Below the pieces are notes generated by a model. The model saw only the letters and a list, made by a program, of their open reading frames with translations, did no database searches and had not been told where the DNA came from. The translations under genes were made by a program, and so were the position numbers. From a virus (taxonomy: Duplodnaviria; Caudoviricetes), in the IMG/VR virus record IMGVR_UViG_3300020577_007794: a DNA stretch of 64,000 nucleotides; one strand, 5' to 3'. The number at the start of each line of letters is the position of its first letter. Within the stretch, counting starts at the first letter, position 1. Positions 19,300 to 27,961 of this stretch are shown here, in pieces.

Positions 19300-20087
19300 T
19301 GGTTATAGATGCTTTTCTATTTTACAATGAATTCGAATTATTAGAATTACGGCTTGAGGAAATGGGGCCTGTAGTTGATTATTTTCTTATCCAAGAAAGT
19401 CCTTTCACTTTTACAGGTAACAAAAAAGATCTGGTACTAGCGGACAAAAATAAATGGCCAGAGTTTATGAAGAAGTGGGGGGACAAAATCAGAGTAGTTT
19501 CCACCCCCTTAGATAGGCTTCCATGTGAAAACCCATGGGAAGAGGAAGCATTTCAGAGAAACTATTTAGAAGTTAACTTAGAAAATGAATTCCGGCTTTC
19601 TATTGATAGTGGGGTTAATAAAATAATCGTAAGTGACGTAGATGAAATTCTACGAAGATCCACAATCACCAACCCCCTTGAATCAAAGATAGCCTGGGCT
19701 ATACTGGACACCTATTACTATGGTATTAACCTAAAGGGTGGAGATAATGATTGGCCAGCACCTTTCATATACTACCATCATGTAAAGCCTGAAGGCACGT
19801 TTGACGCACTTAGACGAAAAAGATTCCAGGGCCCCCATATTCATTTTGCTGGATGGCATTATTCATATGTCATGTCCCCGAAGAAAATAATAAACAAGAT
19901 TAATTCCTTCTCCCACACAGAGTACCGAAATGACTATTATATGGACCTTAACAGAATAGAGACTCTTGTAGAAGAAGGTAAGGATTTATTCGACAGAGGG
20001 GTTACATATATAAAAATTCCAGTAGACAGTACTTTCCCCAAATGTGTTAGAGAGAACCCAGAGAAATGGAAACACTTGATGCGATAA
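19299..20087 (+). CDS. GT17 family (GnT-III-like) N-acetylglucosaminyltransferase
   Basis: IDAFLFYNE.ELLELRL.E...VVDYF.I.ES..TFTG..K; QRN; SDVDEI; GWHYSY; KI.SFSH.E. Confidence 0.85.
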   Translation: MVIDAFLFYNEFELLELRLEEMGPVVDYFLIQESPFTFTGNKKDLVLADKNKWPEFMKKWGDKIRVVSTPLDRLPCENPWEEEAFQRNYLEVNLENEFRLSIDSGVNKIIVSDVDEILRRSTITNPLESKIAWAILDTYYYGINLKGGDNDWPAPFIYYHHVKPEGTFDALRRKRFQGPHIHFAGWHYSYVMSPKKIINKINSFSHTEYRNDYYMDLNRIETLVEEGKDLFDRGVTYIKIPVDSTFPKCVRENPEKWKHLMR

Positions 20088-20797
20088 AACCAGCAATAGC
20101 TGTTCTAACATGGAACAACTTAAAATGCTGCACAGATTCAATTAAGACATGGGAAACCTTCGGCATTACAGATAATGCGGAGAAACTTGTAGCTATAAAT
20201 CAGTCTAATTTCGCATATGAAGTGGCTATGAAAGAAAGAAACTTCTTTCCTATTCCATTCCCTACAAATGTAGGCATTGCGATTGCTTTCAGAGAATTAG
20301 TGTTTAATACAAAAAGCCCATATCTTATGTTTCTTGAACATGATTGGAAGATTCTCTCTGATGTTGATGCAGTTAAACAAATTAGTGATTCCTGCAAACT
20401 TCTAGAATCTGGTAGAGCAGATGCAGTGAGACTGAGGCATAGAACCAATTATGGTGAGCCACTTTACACTATCCCTATCAAAGATCACATTGCAGAAACA
20501 CACCCCCACCATTTAATGGATTGCCCCCATTGGGAAGAAGATCCTGTTGGGAAGTACCCAGATGTTTTCTGGGAAGATCAAATTGACACTACAAGGTTTA
20601 TCTTGTGTAAAGCCAAGAACGGAGCTTTCACTAATAATCCAACTATCTACAAGACAGAGTTTCTTAAAAAACATATCGTACCCCTCAGTGGCATCCCAGG
20701 CGGAACACTAGAGTCTGATATACAGACTTGGTGGTGCGAACAAGACTTTAATGTAGCAAGACCATACGAAGGCGTTTTCACACACGCACCCACATAA
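20066..20797 (+). CDS. putative GT-A fold glycosyltransferase
   Basis: AVLTWN, N.GIA, YLMFLEHDW, VRLRH, FTNNP.IY; lies inside the GT cluster. Confidence 0.65.
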   Translation: METLDAIKPAIAVLTWNNLKCCTDSIKTWETFGITDNAEKLVAINQSNFAYEVAMKERNFFPIPFPTNVGIAIAFRELVFNTKSPYLMFLEHDWKILSDVDAVKQISDSCKLLESGRADAVRLRHRTNYGEPLYTIPIKDHIAETHPHHLMDCPHWEEDPVGKYPDVFWEDQIDTTRFILCKAKNGAFTNNPTIYKTEFLKKHIVPLSGIPGGTLESDIQTWWCEQDFNVARPYEGVFTHAPT

Positions 20798-20798
20798 T

Positions 20799-21719
20799 AT
20801 GAATATAGGACTACACACCCAGTCATTGCCTCTCAGGGGCACAGATAGAGCTATTAGAGACTACGCAGAGGGTCTCGCGTTGATGGGGCATAGCCCAATT
20901 GTTTTGATCCCTGAAGGATGCCATATAGAGCAGGAATCTTTTGACAGTATTTCCAAGTATGCTCCTGTTAAACAGTACGCCTCCCCACAAGTTCTCTCTG
21001 ACTTCTCAACACACCTTGACAGCTGCTATTTTATTCGTTATGGCTATCCTGAACAAGTTTTTCTTGAATGCAAGGAATTGGTTCATGCAGTATTTGATGC
21101 CACAAAACCTAACGGAGATAGATTTGCTGCAGTATCTGAGTGGCTCGCTGACCACCATAAATGTGGAAGCTGGGTACCCCATATCGTTAAAGAACCTCTG
21201 GGCACGAGAAATAAAGAAGCATTAGGTATTCCTGAAAAGTCTTATGTTGTTGGCTACCATGGCGGACATGACAGCTTTGATATTGGTTTTGCAAAGGAAG
21301 GTTTGTTAGAGGCTTTAGAGAAAAGAAAAGATTTGTGGGCTGTACTGAAAGGAGTGGCCCCCTTTGCGGAACATGAAAGACTCCTCTTCCTACCGAGGAA
21401 CGAAAACACCGGGGATTTTATACACACCTGCGATGCTATGTTTCATGCTAGATATAGGGGAGAGACTTTTGGGCTAGCTATAGCTGAGTTTGCAATTCTT
21501 GGAAAGCCAGTTGTTTGTTGGGATTCCCCTGAGGAAAAAGCACACTTACACCACCTCTCAGAGGACAAGGGTCTTATCATATACAAAGACAAGCTTGACA
21601 TAATCAATATCCTTCAAAGCCTTAACAAAAAAACTCCTGGCTGCAACGCTGCGTCTTGGAAGAAAAGGTTTAATACTGAGACTGTGATGACTAAGTTTCA
21701 GGAAGTCTTTCTTAGATGA
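20799..21719 (+). CDS. GT4-like GT-B glycosyltransferase
   Basis: RGT..A..DYA, AVSEW, VPHIV, CDAMFHAR..GETFGLAIAEF...GKPV. Confidence 0.85.
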   Translation: MNIGLHTQSLPLRGTDRAIRDYAEGLALMGHSPIVLIPEGCHIEQESFDSISKYAPVKQYASPQVLSDFSTHLDSCYFIRYGYPEQVFLECKELVHAVFDATKPNGDRFAAVSEWLADHHKCGSWVPHIVKEPLGTRNKEALGIPEKSYVVGYHGGHDSFDIGFAKEGLLEALEKRKDLWAVLKGVAPFAEHERLLFLPRNENTGDFIHTCDAMFHARYRGETFGLAIAEFAILGKPVVCWDSPEEKAHLHHLSEDKGLIIYKDKLDIINILQSLNKKTPGCNAASWKKRFNTETVMTKFQEVFLR

Positions 21720-21940
21720 ACAAAACATTGTTTCTAAGAGGAAGTGATTGGGTTCTTACCCATTACGGTGTTATCAACCACCAGAAAGCGGATTCAGTTT
21801 TGTATAGAAGCAAAATGAATGAAAAGGAGTGGCTGAGAATGAGATCAGCACTCCTTAATATTGATACCTGTGTAGACTTAAGTTATAAAAAATACGCTAG
21901 AGCTATTATCAAAATGGGAGAGATTTATTTCGTTGTCTAA
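21716..21940 (+). CDS. hypothetical protein
   Basis: 74 aa, ATGA-coupled. Confidence 0.5.
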   Translation: MNKTLFLRGSDWVLTHYGVINHQKADSVLYRSKMNEKEWLRMRSALLNIDTCVDLSYKKYARAIIKMGEIYFVV

Positions 21941-22469
21941 GATGAACAGTCAAGAATTTTACAAAAAATATTTAGAGGATTTTGTATGGGTTGGAGACCT
22001 ATATATTGATGATGGGTGGGGCCCAAAACAGAGAGTTATCAGTGATCTTTGTAAGTTCTCTTTTGCGGTGTTAGATAAGGTTGTGGAAGAGAGTATAGAG
22101 GACCCTCTGTTCCTATGCAGTCCAACCTCAGATCAGGTCACTTTACACATACCTACATGTCAGGTTCCGGGATTTCGTTCAATAAACCAAAGATATTCTG
22201 TGGCACTGCTTAATCAGACATTTGAAACATTTGATCCCATTCTAGAAATCATTTCTAGTTTAACTCTAGATAAATTCCAGTTAGTGTTAAAAGCCTATAC
22301 AGTAGTGAATGGTGTATTAAAAGGGGGCAATATTTTATTGGCCATTACTAAAAAAGATGCACTTTCAGAGCCTACGTTCAAGTTAGTAGAGGGTCGGTCT
22401 GTTATCGTTTATGATAGGCCAAGAGTACTAGCAGAGTGGGTTCAAGACAATAGTAATAAAGGAACCTAA
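21933..22469 (+). CDS. hypothetical protein
   Basis: 178 aa ORF in operon. Confidence 0.55.
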   Translation: MSKMNSQEFYKKYLEDFVWVGDLYIDDGWGPKQRVISDLCKFSFAVLDKVVEESIEDPLFLCSPTSDQVTLHIPTCQVPGFRSINQRYSVALLNQTFETFDPILEIISSLTLDKFQLVLKAYTVVNGVLKGGNILLAITKKDALSEPTFKLVEGRSVIVYDRPRVLAEWVQDNSNKGT

Positions 22470-22470
22470 A

Positions 22471-22641
22471 ATGGATAAGATCTATTTTGAGGATGCGGAT
22501 GGTTCTCTGCAAAACGCAGAAGAAGTTTTAAAACCTAAAAAGAAAAGTACAGAAGATGAGCACAGAAAACCCGATTCAGATAGTGGAAACAAAGTTCAAC
22601 GAGTGGGAACTGACAAAGAAGACAAAAGAGGAACAGATTGA
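22471..22641 (+). CDS. small charged hypothetical protein (56 aa, not in the ORF track)
   Basis: ATG 1 nt after the previous stop, preceded by AAGGA; MDKIYFEDADGSLQNAEEVLKPKKK... Confidence 0.4.
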   Translation: MDKIYFEDADGSLQNAEEVLKPKKKSTEDEHRKPDSDSGNKVQRVGTDKEDKRGTD

Positions 22642-23176
22642 AGAGCTAAAGCCTCTCCTCTCAGACGCTATACTTAGATTCGCCACAAGTGGTGACGCTA
22701 TTGAGTCTCTGACTGTTCACGAAGATTTGTACGAAACAGTTTCAGAGGCACTTAGTTTAGCAGACTTGCCTAAAGACTTCAATGATTCAAGCGGGCTGGA
22801 TTGGGAAACAGTCAACGAAGAATTCAGAAAAATGTGTAAATCCATTCCAGTAAAGTCTGCTCCTACTGGTTATTTTGCACAGGCTAACCCAGAGTATCTT
22901 AATGCTCTAGCCCCTGTTCAACTCTTTGTTTCGTTTATGACAAAATCTAAGAGAGAAATGATCGCACTTCAACAGTTTGATATGAAGTACGGTGTTTCCC
23001 AGCTCTTGGCAAAGGCTGGTATTGGCTTCCAACCAACCCCAGCTGAGATGAGAATTATGTGCATGATTGTTGCAATCTTTGAAAGTGCCAGCCAACAGCA
23101 GCCACAACAGATTGATCAAAAAGCAATTCTGCAAGCAACAGCTGGACCTGATTTCAGCAAAATTGTGACGAAGTAA
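22556..23176 (+). CDS. hypothetical protein
   Basis: 206 aa ORF. Confidence 0.6.
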   Translation: MSTENPIQIVETKFNEWELTKKTKEEQIEELKPLLSDAILRFATSGDAIESLTVHEDLYETVSEALSLADLPKDFNDSSGLDWETVNEEFRKMCKSIPVKSAPTGYFAQANPEYLNALAPVQLFVSFMTKSKREMIALQQFDMKYGVSQLLAKAGIGFQPTPAEMRIMCMIVAIFESASQQQPQQIDQKAILQATAGPDFSKIVTK

Positions 23177-23179
23177 ACT

Positions 23180-24034
23180 ATGTCAATTCCATTTATTGGA
23201 AAGAGAATGACCCGAGAGGAATTTAAACAGTACCTCTCGGGCTTAACTTTTTCTTCCTTCAAACCTATTTCAGTTACTTACCACCACACTGCATCCCCTT
23301 CCTTGGCGCAGAGACCTAACGGTTTTTCAGCCCAACACCTAATTAATCTTCGAGATTATTACGGAAAGACTTTGGGGTGGAACGGCGCACCTCACATTTT
23401 CATTGATGATGTTGGTGATGGCATTATTGTATTCCAAAGAATGGATAGAAGAGGGGTACACGCTGTTTCGTTCAACTCCAGATATTGGGGTATGGAAATG
23501 CTTGGGGACTACGACAATGAATCTTTTACAACTGGGCGAGGAGCTAAAGTTAGAGATAATGCTATCGCTGCGGGTGCAATTATGTTGGAGAGTTTGGGAG
23601 CTTCACCAGAGAGTATTAAGTTTCACAGAGATGATCCCAAAACATCTAAGACCTGCCCAGGGACTAAAGTAAACAAGGCGGACATTATAGCTAGGCTTCA
23701 TCAATATATGGGGTCTCAGGATGATCATGAAGATCAGGTTGAAACATTTGAATCACCCACAATTACCCTTCCAAACAAAACATTGTTTACCAATACTAGG
23801 GAGAAGGATGGAAGGATTCAAGTACCTGCACGAGCTTTCTTAACTGCTCTTGACAGCAGTCTAGTTAGCACTCTTAAAAAGTCTGGGAACTTTATTACGT
23901 TCTCAACGTTCAAACTTAACATAAGCAGCATTGATGAAAAAGGAAATACCTGGGTATTTTTACGAGATGTTGCTAACGCTCTTCACCTCAAGATCAAGCT
24001 CCTGCAATCTGGCGCAGTTGAGCTGACTAACTAA
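23180..24034 (+). CDS. endolysin: Amidase_2 N-acetylmuramoyl-L-alanine amidase with C-terminal cell-wall-binding domain
   Basis: HHT, HIFI, GVHA..FN, G.EM.G, HRD, KTCPG; C-terminus DGRIQVPAR / GNTWVFLRDVANAL resembles the copper-amine-oxidase N-terminal (stalk) domain. Confidence 0.85.
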   Translation: MSIPFIGKRMTREEFKQYLSGLTFSSFKPISVTYHHTASPSLAQRPNGFSAQHLINLRDYYGKTLGWNGAPHIFIDDVGDGIIVFQRMDRRGVHAVSFNSRYWGMEMLGDYDNESFTTGRGAKVRDNAIAAGAIMLESLGASPESIKFHRDDPKTSKTCPGTKVNKADIIARLHQYMGSQDDHEDQVETFESPTITLPNKTLFTNTREKDGRIQVPARAFLTALDSSLVSTLKKSGNFITFSTFKLNISSIDEKGNTWVFLRDVANALHLKIKLLQSGAVELTN

Positions 24035-24047
24035 GAGCCTCTATTTG

Positions 24048-24184
24048 GGTGAGTCACCTCCTGTGGCTCACCTGTGCAACTAAGCTTAGCTTAGCATTGG
24101 CCACTTGGCAACTAAAGGCACACTCTCTTGTAAGGAACTTCTCCTAAAGTTAGTGAGTCATCGCCTTTAGGAGTTTTAGGAGAA
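24048..24184 (+). promoter_or_regulatory. structured 5' leader with alternative anti-SD/SD pairing
   Basis: Hairpin 24048-24072; ttctcctaaag (24139-24149) can pair with either ctttaggag (24165-24173) or the SD-containing ttttaggagaa (24174-24184). Confidence 0.5.
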
Positions 24185-24188
24185 ATTT

Positions 24189-25322
24189 TTGGCATACCGT
24201 AAAAAGCGCACAGAATCAGATCTCGATCTACTTCTCACCATTCTCCCTACGAAAATCAAATCAATGATTGATGATCCAGACTCTCTAGTAGAGATAGCAT
24301 TGGACCTTGATCGTTGTGTAGAACTTCTCTACCTTGGTAACCGCACCGTTATAACAGACGTGGTGGTAGATCTAAAAACTTTAGAGCATATTATATCTAG
24401 GGTTGAGGAACCGGGGATAGATAATAGATCTGGTATTAACGGCACACTGCACAGAGTCTCTAGAATTGTTAATAAGAAAGGTGCCCCTGTTGGGTTAACC
24501 ATTAGGGTTGCAAGACCCTTCGCAGGTAACGCATCACTTATTAAAGATCTTCTAGAAGAGAATAAAAGTCTTTTATTGTTGGGATCTCCCGGTACTGGAA
24601 AAACTACACTTCTTCGAGAAGTAGCAAGAATCCTCTCTTCAGATCTTGGAAAGAGGGTTGTGGTAGTAGATACTAGTAATGAAATTGGTGGTGAAGGAAA
24701 TGCTCCACACCCAGCTATTGGCAGGGCTAGGAGAATACAAGTTCCACCAACTAAAGCCCAGCATGATGTCATGATTGAGGCTGTAGAGAATCACAATCCG
24801 CAGGTTATCATCATTGATGAAGTTTCTACTGTTGAAGAAAGTTTGGCTGTACAAACAATTGCGAAGCGTGGTGTCCAAATTATTGCAACGGCGCACGGAC
24901 AGGTACTGGAAGACTTAGTGCTTAATAAGCCTCTAGCGGGGCTTGTAGGCGGCGTTAAGACAGTTACCCTATCAGACGACGAAGCGAAGCGAAGAGGGTC
25001 ACAGAAGACCGTACAAGAGCGAGAAACGGTACCTCCGTTTGACTGTGCTATAGAAATTCACGCTTTTGATGAGTTAGCTGTACATCACGATATTGTTAAG
25101 GCTGCAGATGCAATTCTAACTAAGAAAATAGTAAAACCAGAATTGAGAAGACTTCTAGACGGAGAACCAAGAGTCATATCACCCTCTTCCATATCTGAAT
25201 CTAAGTTTTCAAAACCAAGATATCATCACGATGATGATGAAGATATCTTTGAAAGAATGACTTTTGAAAAAAGTAGAACAAGGCCCTCTAAACCACAAAG
25301 AAGATCTAGAGGTAGTCGGTAA
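24189..25322 (+). CDS. Ycf45/SpoIIIAA-like AAA+ ATPase
   Basis: EIALDLDR, DNRSGI.GTLHRVS, GLT.RV.R, GSPGTGKTT.LRE.AR, VDTSNEIGG.G..PH.AIG.ARR, QH.VMIEAVENH.PQVIIIDE, ATAHG. Confidence 0.85.
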   Translation: MAYRKKRTESDLDLLLTILPTKIKSMIDDPDSLVEIALDLDRCVELLYLGNRTVITDVVVDLKTLEHIISRVEEPGIDNRSGINGTLHRVSRIVNKKGAPVGLTIRVARPFAGNASLIKDLLEENKSLLLLGSPGTGKTTLLREVARILSSDLGKRVVVVDTSNEIGGEGNAPHPAIGRARRIQVPPTKAQHDVMIEAVENHNPQVIIIDEVSTVEESLAVQTIAKRGVQIIATAHGQVLEDLVLNKPLAGLVGGVKTVTLSDDEAKRRGSQKTVQERETVPPFDCAIEIHAFDELAVHHDIVKAADAILTKKIVKPELRRLLDGEPRVISPSSISESKFSKPRYHHDDDEDIFERMTFEKSRTRPSKPQRRSRGSR

Positions 25323-25330
25323 ATTTTGTA

Positions 25331-25927
25331 ATGAAGAAGAAAGCATCCTCTACAGAGAGATTCAATCCAGATGATATCCCAGCTTTACTAGAAAAAGCTA
25401 AGGCTGGTGATATAGAGGCACGAGACCGCCTTTTATACATGTTTCAAAGAATGGTGGTTAGCTTAGTCCATGTTTGTATGACTGGGCGAGTTAACTGGAG
25501 ATCTAGTTATCAAAAAACTTTTCTTAGATACTTTGGTAGTAAGGACACCCCATTTGATGTTATAGCTGGATCGTTAAAGAAACAACTATCCGTCTTCGAC
25601 AAAGAGGAACTATACAACACAGGTAGGGAAGCTGTCTTAGAAGCCATTATCCGGTGCGAAACTAATCTAGCGTCTACTATAGTTCTTTGTTTCAAGGAAG
25701 CTATAGTTGATATGACAAAAGGCAATATTAGCTGTAAACATATTGACCTAGAGGAGTGCGAGGATGTCCACGAATTTGAGGACGAAGTTCTGTTCAATCT
25801 TTGGATTCAGAGCTTAGAACTCAGGGAACAGTTAATTGTTGATTCCATATTAAGTGGGGAGACTGTTCCTAAATCAGAAATTCCTGAGAGTTTGAAAACA
25901 AAGCTCTTAGAATACATGTCAGGTTAG
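25331..25927 (+). CDS. sigma-70-like factor (degenerate)
   Basis: LLEKAKAGD.EARD.L (region 1.2), DKEELY..G..A.LEAI (region 2), L..REQ.IV (start of region 4). Confidence 0.6.
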   Translation: MKKKASSTERFNPDDIPALLEKAKAGDIEARDRLLYMFQRMVVSLVHVCMTGRVNWRSSYQKTFLRYFGSKDTPFDVIAGSLKKQLSVFDKEELYNTGREAVLEAIIRCETNLASTIVLCFKEAIVDMTKGNISCKHIDLEECEDVHEFEDEVLFNLWIQSLELREQLIVDSILSGETVPKSEIPESLKTKLLEYMSG

Positions 25928-25931
25928 AAAG

Positions 25932-26309
25932 ATGAAAGTCAAAATTAAAGCAAGCGGCGAATACTCTATTAAGTTTAGAGATCAGATCGGTCCATTTAAA
26001 TGGAACAAGACAGTTAAGTCAACTGTGAATCAGGAGTTCGAAGTAGCAGACATCAAGCTTGGTGGGCAGCAAACTTTGTCAATTCCTGGACCAGCTGATG
26101 TGATTATCGGGCTGGAAAAAACAACCCTCAATGGCGTAGAAGTCAACATCTTGAAGGCTTCATTGATTATGGATAACTCTCCATGGGCTTTGTACAGTAC
26201 TTCAATTGTTATTAATGCTCAGGTTGATAAAACTCCACCTCTTAGAATTAGAATCAACAATGTTAGAGGTTTTACCGCTGACATTAGCTTAAAACTAGGC
26301 GTAGCCTAA
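25932..26309 (+). CDS. hypothetical beta-rich protein
   Basis: 125 aa; last gene of the plus block. Confidence 0.55.
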   Translation: MKVKIKASGEYSIKFRDQIGPFKWNKTVKSTVNQEFEVADIKLGGQQTLSIPGPADVIIGLEKTTLNGVEVNILKASLIMDNSPWALYSTSIVINAQVDKTPPLRIRINNVRGFTADISLKLGVA

Positions 26310-26321
26310 TTCGATTCTAAA

Positions 26322-26356
26322 AAAATAACCCCGTCTGTTCTAGGCGGGGTTATTTT
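26322..26356. terminator. bidirectional intrinsic terminator between convergent blocks
   Basis: aaaataaccccgtct-gttct-aggcggggttatttt with A/T tracts on both sides. Confidence 0.75.
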
Positions 26357-26825
26357 GCATTAAGCTAGGCTTAAATTTAGATAAGACATCTGTCATAGTT
26401 CTTCCATAAGTATAAGAAGAATACACTTTTTCAGGATAAGATTTATCTCTACTTAACATAAAGAAATCAATACCATCATTATCTTCTCCGTAGAAGAGTG
26501 TGAAACCATGGGATGTCTTTGCCTGTATAGTTTCAGCTAAATAACCCATAGCAACTTGTTTACTTGAAAACAAGTAATTCGACTTTGTAGTAATAGTTAC
26601 GGAGAGAGGTGAATCCCCCTCTTCTCCATTCACAACTACTTTATCTTTCTTTCCCTTAAGAATTGTGGAACCTTTATTTATAACAGTTCCAGTGGGAGAG
26701 ATAGTATAGGAGGTAGCTGGTTCACCTACAAAGTCTTTATAGATCTGAGAATTTACGATCAGTTGATATATTCCTAGAAAAAGAAATATCACTCGGATAG
26801 CTAATAGAACTACCTCCTGTAACAT
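26340..26825 (-). CDS. membrane-anchored hypothetical protein
   Basis: N-terminal hydrophobic helix VVLLAIRVIFLFLGIYQLIV. Confidence 0.55.
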   Translation of the reverse strand: MLQEVVLLAIRVIFLFLGIYQLIVNSQIYKDFVGEPATSYTISPTGTVINKGSTILKGKKDKVVVNGEEGDSPLSVTITTKSNYLFSSKQVAMGYLAETIQAKTSHGFTLFYGEDNDGIDFFMLSRDKSYPEKVYSSYTYGRTMTDVLSKFKPSLMQNNPA

Positions 26826-27232
26826 TAGTTAGATACTCCGTCTTCTAGAACAGCTCTTTCCTCTTCTAAGTCTCTATTAATCGCAGAATCTTCAGAAAAC
26901 TTATCAGGATATCTTTTGCTTAGTTTTCTGGTATTTATAGCTAGCACTTCTTGAGGAGTAATCCCAGCTAGTTCTGCGGTTAGGGTTAGAAGTTGTCCAG
27001 CATACCAATGTATATCGCCAACCTCTTCGACAAGATTAGGAATGTCAATATCTTTATTGTAATAAATATGCTTCTTCAGAGCATCTAAAAGCTCTGCGTT
27101 TTCTGTTACTATGCCTATGCAATGGTGAAGCATCTCAACATAATTGGAGATTCTATCTTTGCATTTTTCATAACCCTCTTTGGTTATGTTAAAGTTTGAG
27201 GAATCTTTTGTGTACTTATTGTAATCTAACAT
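26825..27232 (-). CDS. MazG-like nucleotide pyrophosphohydrolase
   Basis: IGIVTE.AEL.D.LKKH.YY, EEVGD..WY, N..KL.KRYP.KFS...AI.R; start at the TAATG overlap at 27232. Confidence 0.85.
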   Translation of the reverse strand: MLDYNKYTKDSSNFNITKEGYEKCKDRISNYVEMLHHCIGIVTENAELLDALKKHIYYNKDIDIPNLVEEVGDIHWYAGQLLTLTAELAGITPQEVLAINTRKLSKRYPDKFSEDSAINRDLEEERAVLEDGVSN

Positions 27233-27582
27233 TAAATTAACTTTGCTCCGTAAATAAAGCCATTTGTGATCTCTACCTTTGGTTCCGTCCTTCCACCTAT
27301 CCACTTTAAAGTTTTCTCTTCTATAGTTACTGGAAAGGGGGTTAAGGAGTAAATATCATTATACTTATCCGATATAACTCTAGATAGACTCTTATCATCA
27401 GTGTAGAGTAGAAGGACTTTTTTATTCTTTTTCGGTCCTTGTGAAATACATACCAAACCATAGCCTTCTGCAAAAAGATCTATAATTTTCTGTCTAACAG
27501 AATAGGGAACCGAATAGATATCAATTGTTGATTTATTCTGCTCTTCAACAACAGTTAAATAGTAATGGTTTGGTATGTCCAT
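27232..27582 (-). CDS. hypothetical protein
   Basis: 116 aa ORF. Confidence 0.55.
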   Translation of the reverse strand: MDIPNHYYLTVVEEQNKSTIDIYSVPYSVRQKIIDLFAEGYGLVCISQGPKKNKKVLLLYTDDKSLSRVISDKYNDIYSLTPFPVTIEEKTLKWIGGRTEPKVEITNGFIYGAKLI

Positions 27583-27584
27583 AG

Positions 27585-27869
27585 TTAAATAATTAGAGGG
27601 TCTTCAACCTCTATATCCCCGTCCTCATCTACGTAATATACTTCAGTGACATCTGCAACAGAACCTATAGCAGAGATTTTGTATTCTACTTCGTTAGCAT
27701 GAAAGAGGGCTTTTTCAGCAGCCTGAATAGCAGCTTTTTTAACAAGAGAAACTGGTGCAGTTTCTGGGGTGTCAATAGGTACAAGTATGGTGCCTTTTTC
27801 TACTATAGTTCTAGTAAAAGTAATGGAGGCTACTCTTGAGTTGGGTTTATAATTCGTTTCTGAATTCAT
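27585..27869 (-). CDS. hypothetical protein
   Basis: Start moved to ATG 27869 because the longer ORF runs through a terminator and promoter. Confidence 0.5.
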   Translation of the reverse strand: MNSETNYKPNSRVASITFTRTIVEKGTILVPIDTPETAPVSLVKKAAIQAAEKALFHANEVEYKISAIGSVADVTEVYYVDEDGDIEVEDPLII

Positions 27870-27879
27870 GTATAAGACC

Positions 27880-27923
27880 ATTATAACACAAAAAAGGGTG
27901 GTCACTAGGACCACCCTTTTTGT
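27880..27923 (-). terminator. nrdA terminator hairpin followed directly by extended -10 TGnTATAAT
   Basis: Minus strand: acaaaaagggtggtc-ctagt-gaccacccttttttg-TGtTATAAT. Confidence 0.7.
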
Positions 27924-27961
27924 CTCAACCACCTGTAGATTGCACTAATGGGTTTGCACAC

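Noticed and set aside
26340-26825. Holin or spanin
   Set aside because: A single N-terminal TM only, on the opposite strand from the endolysin, with no lipobox partner
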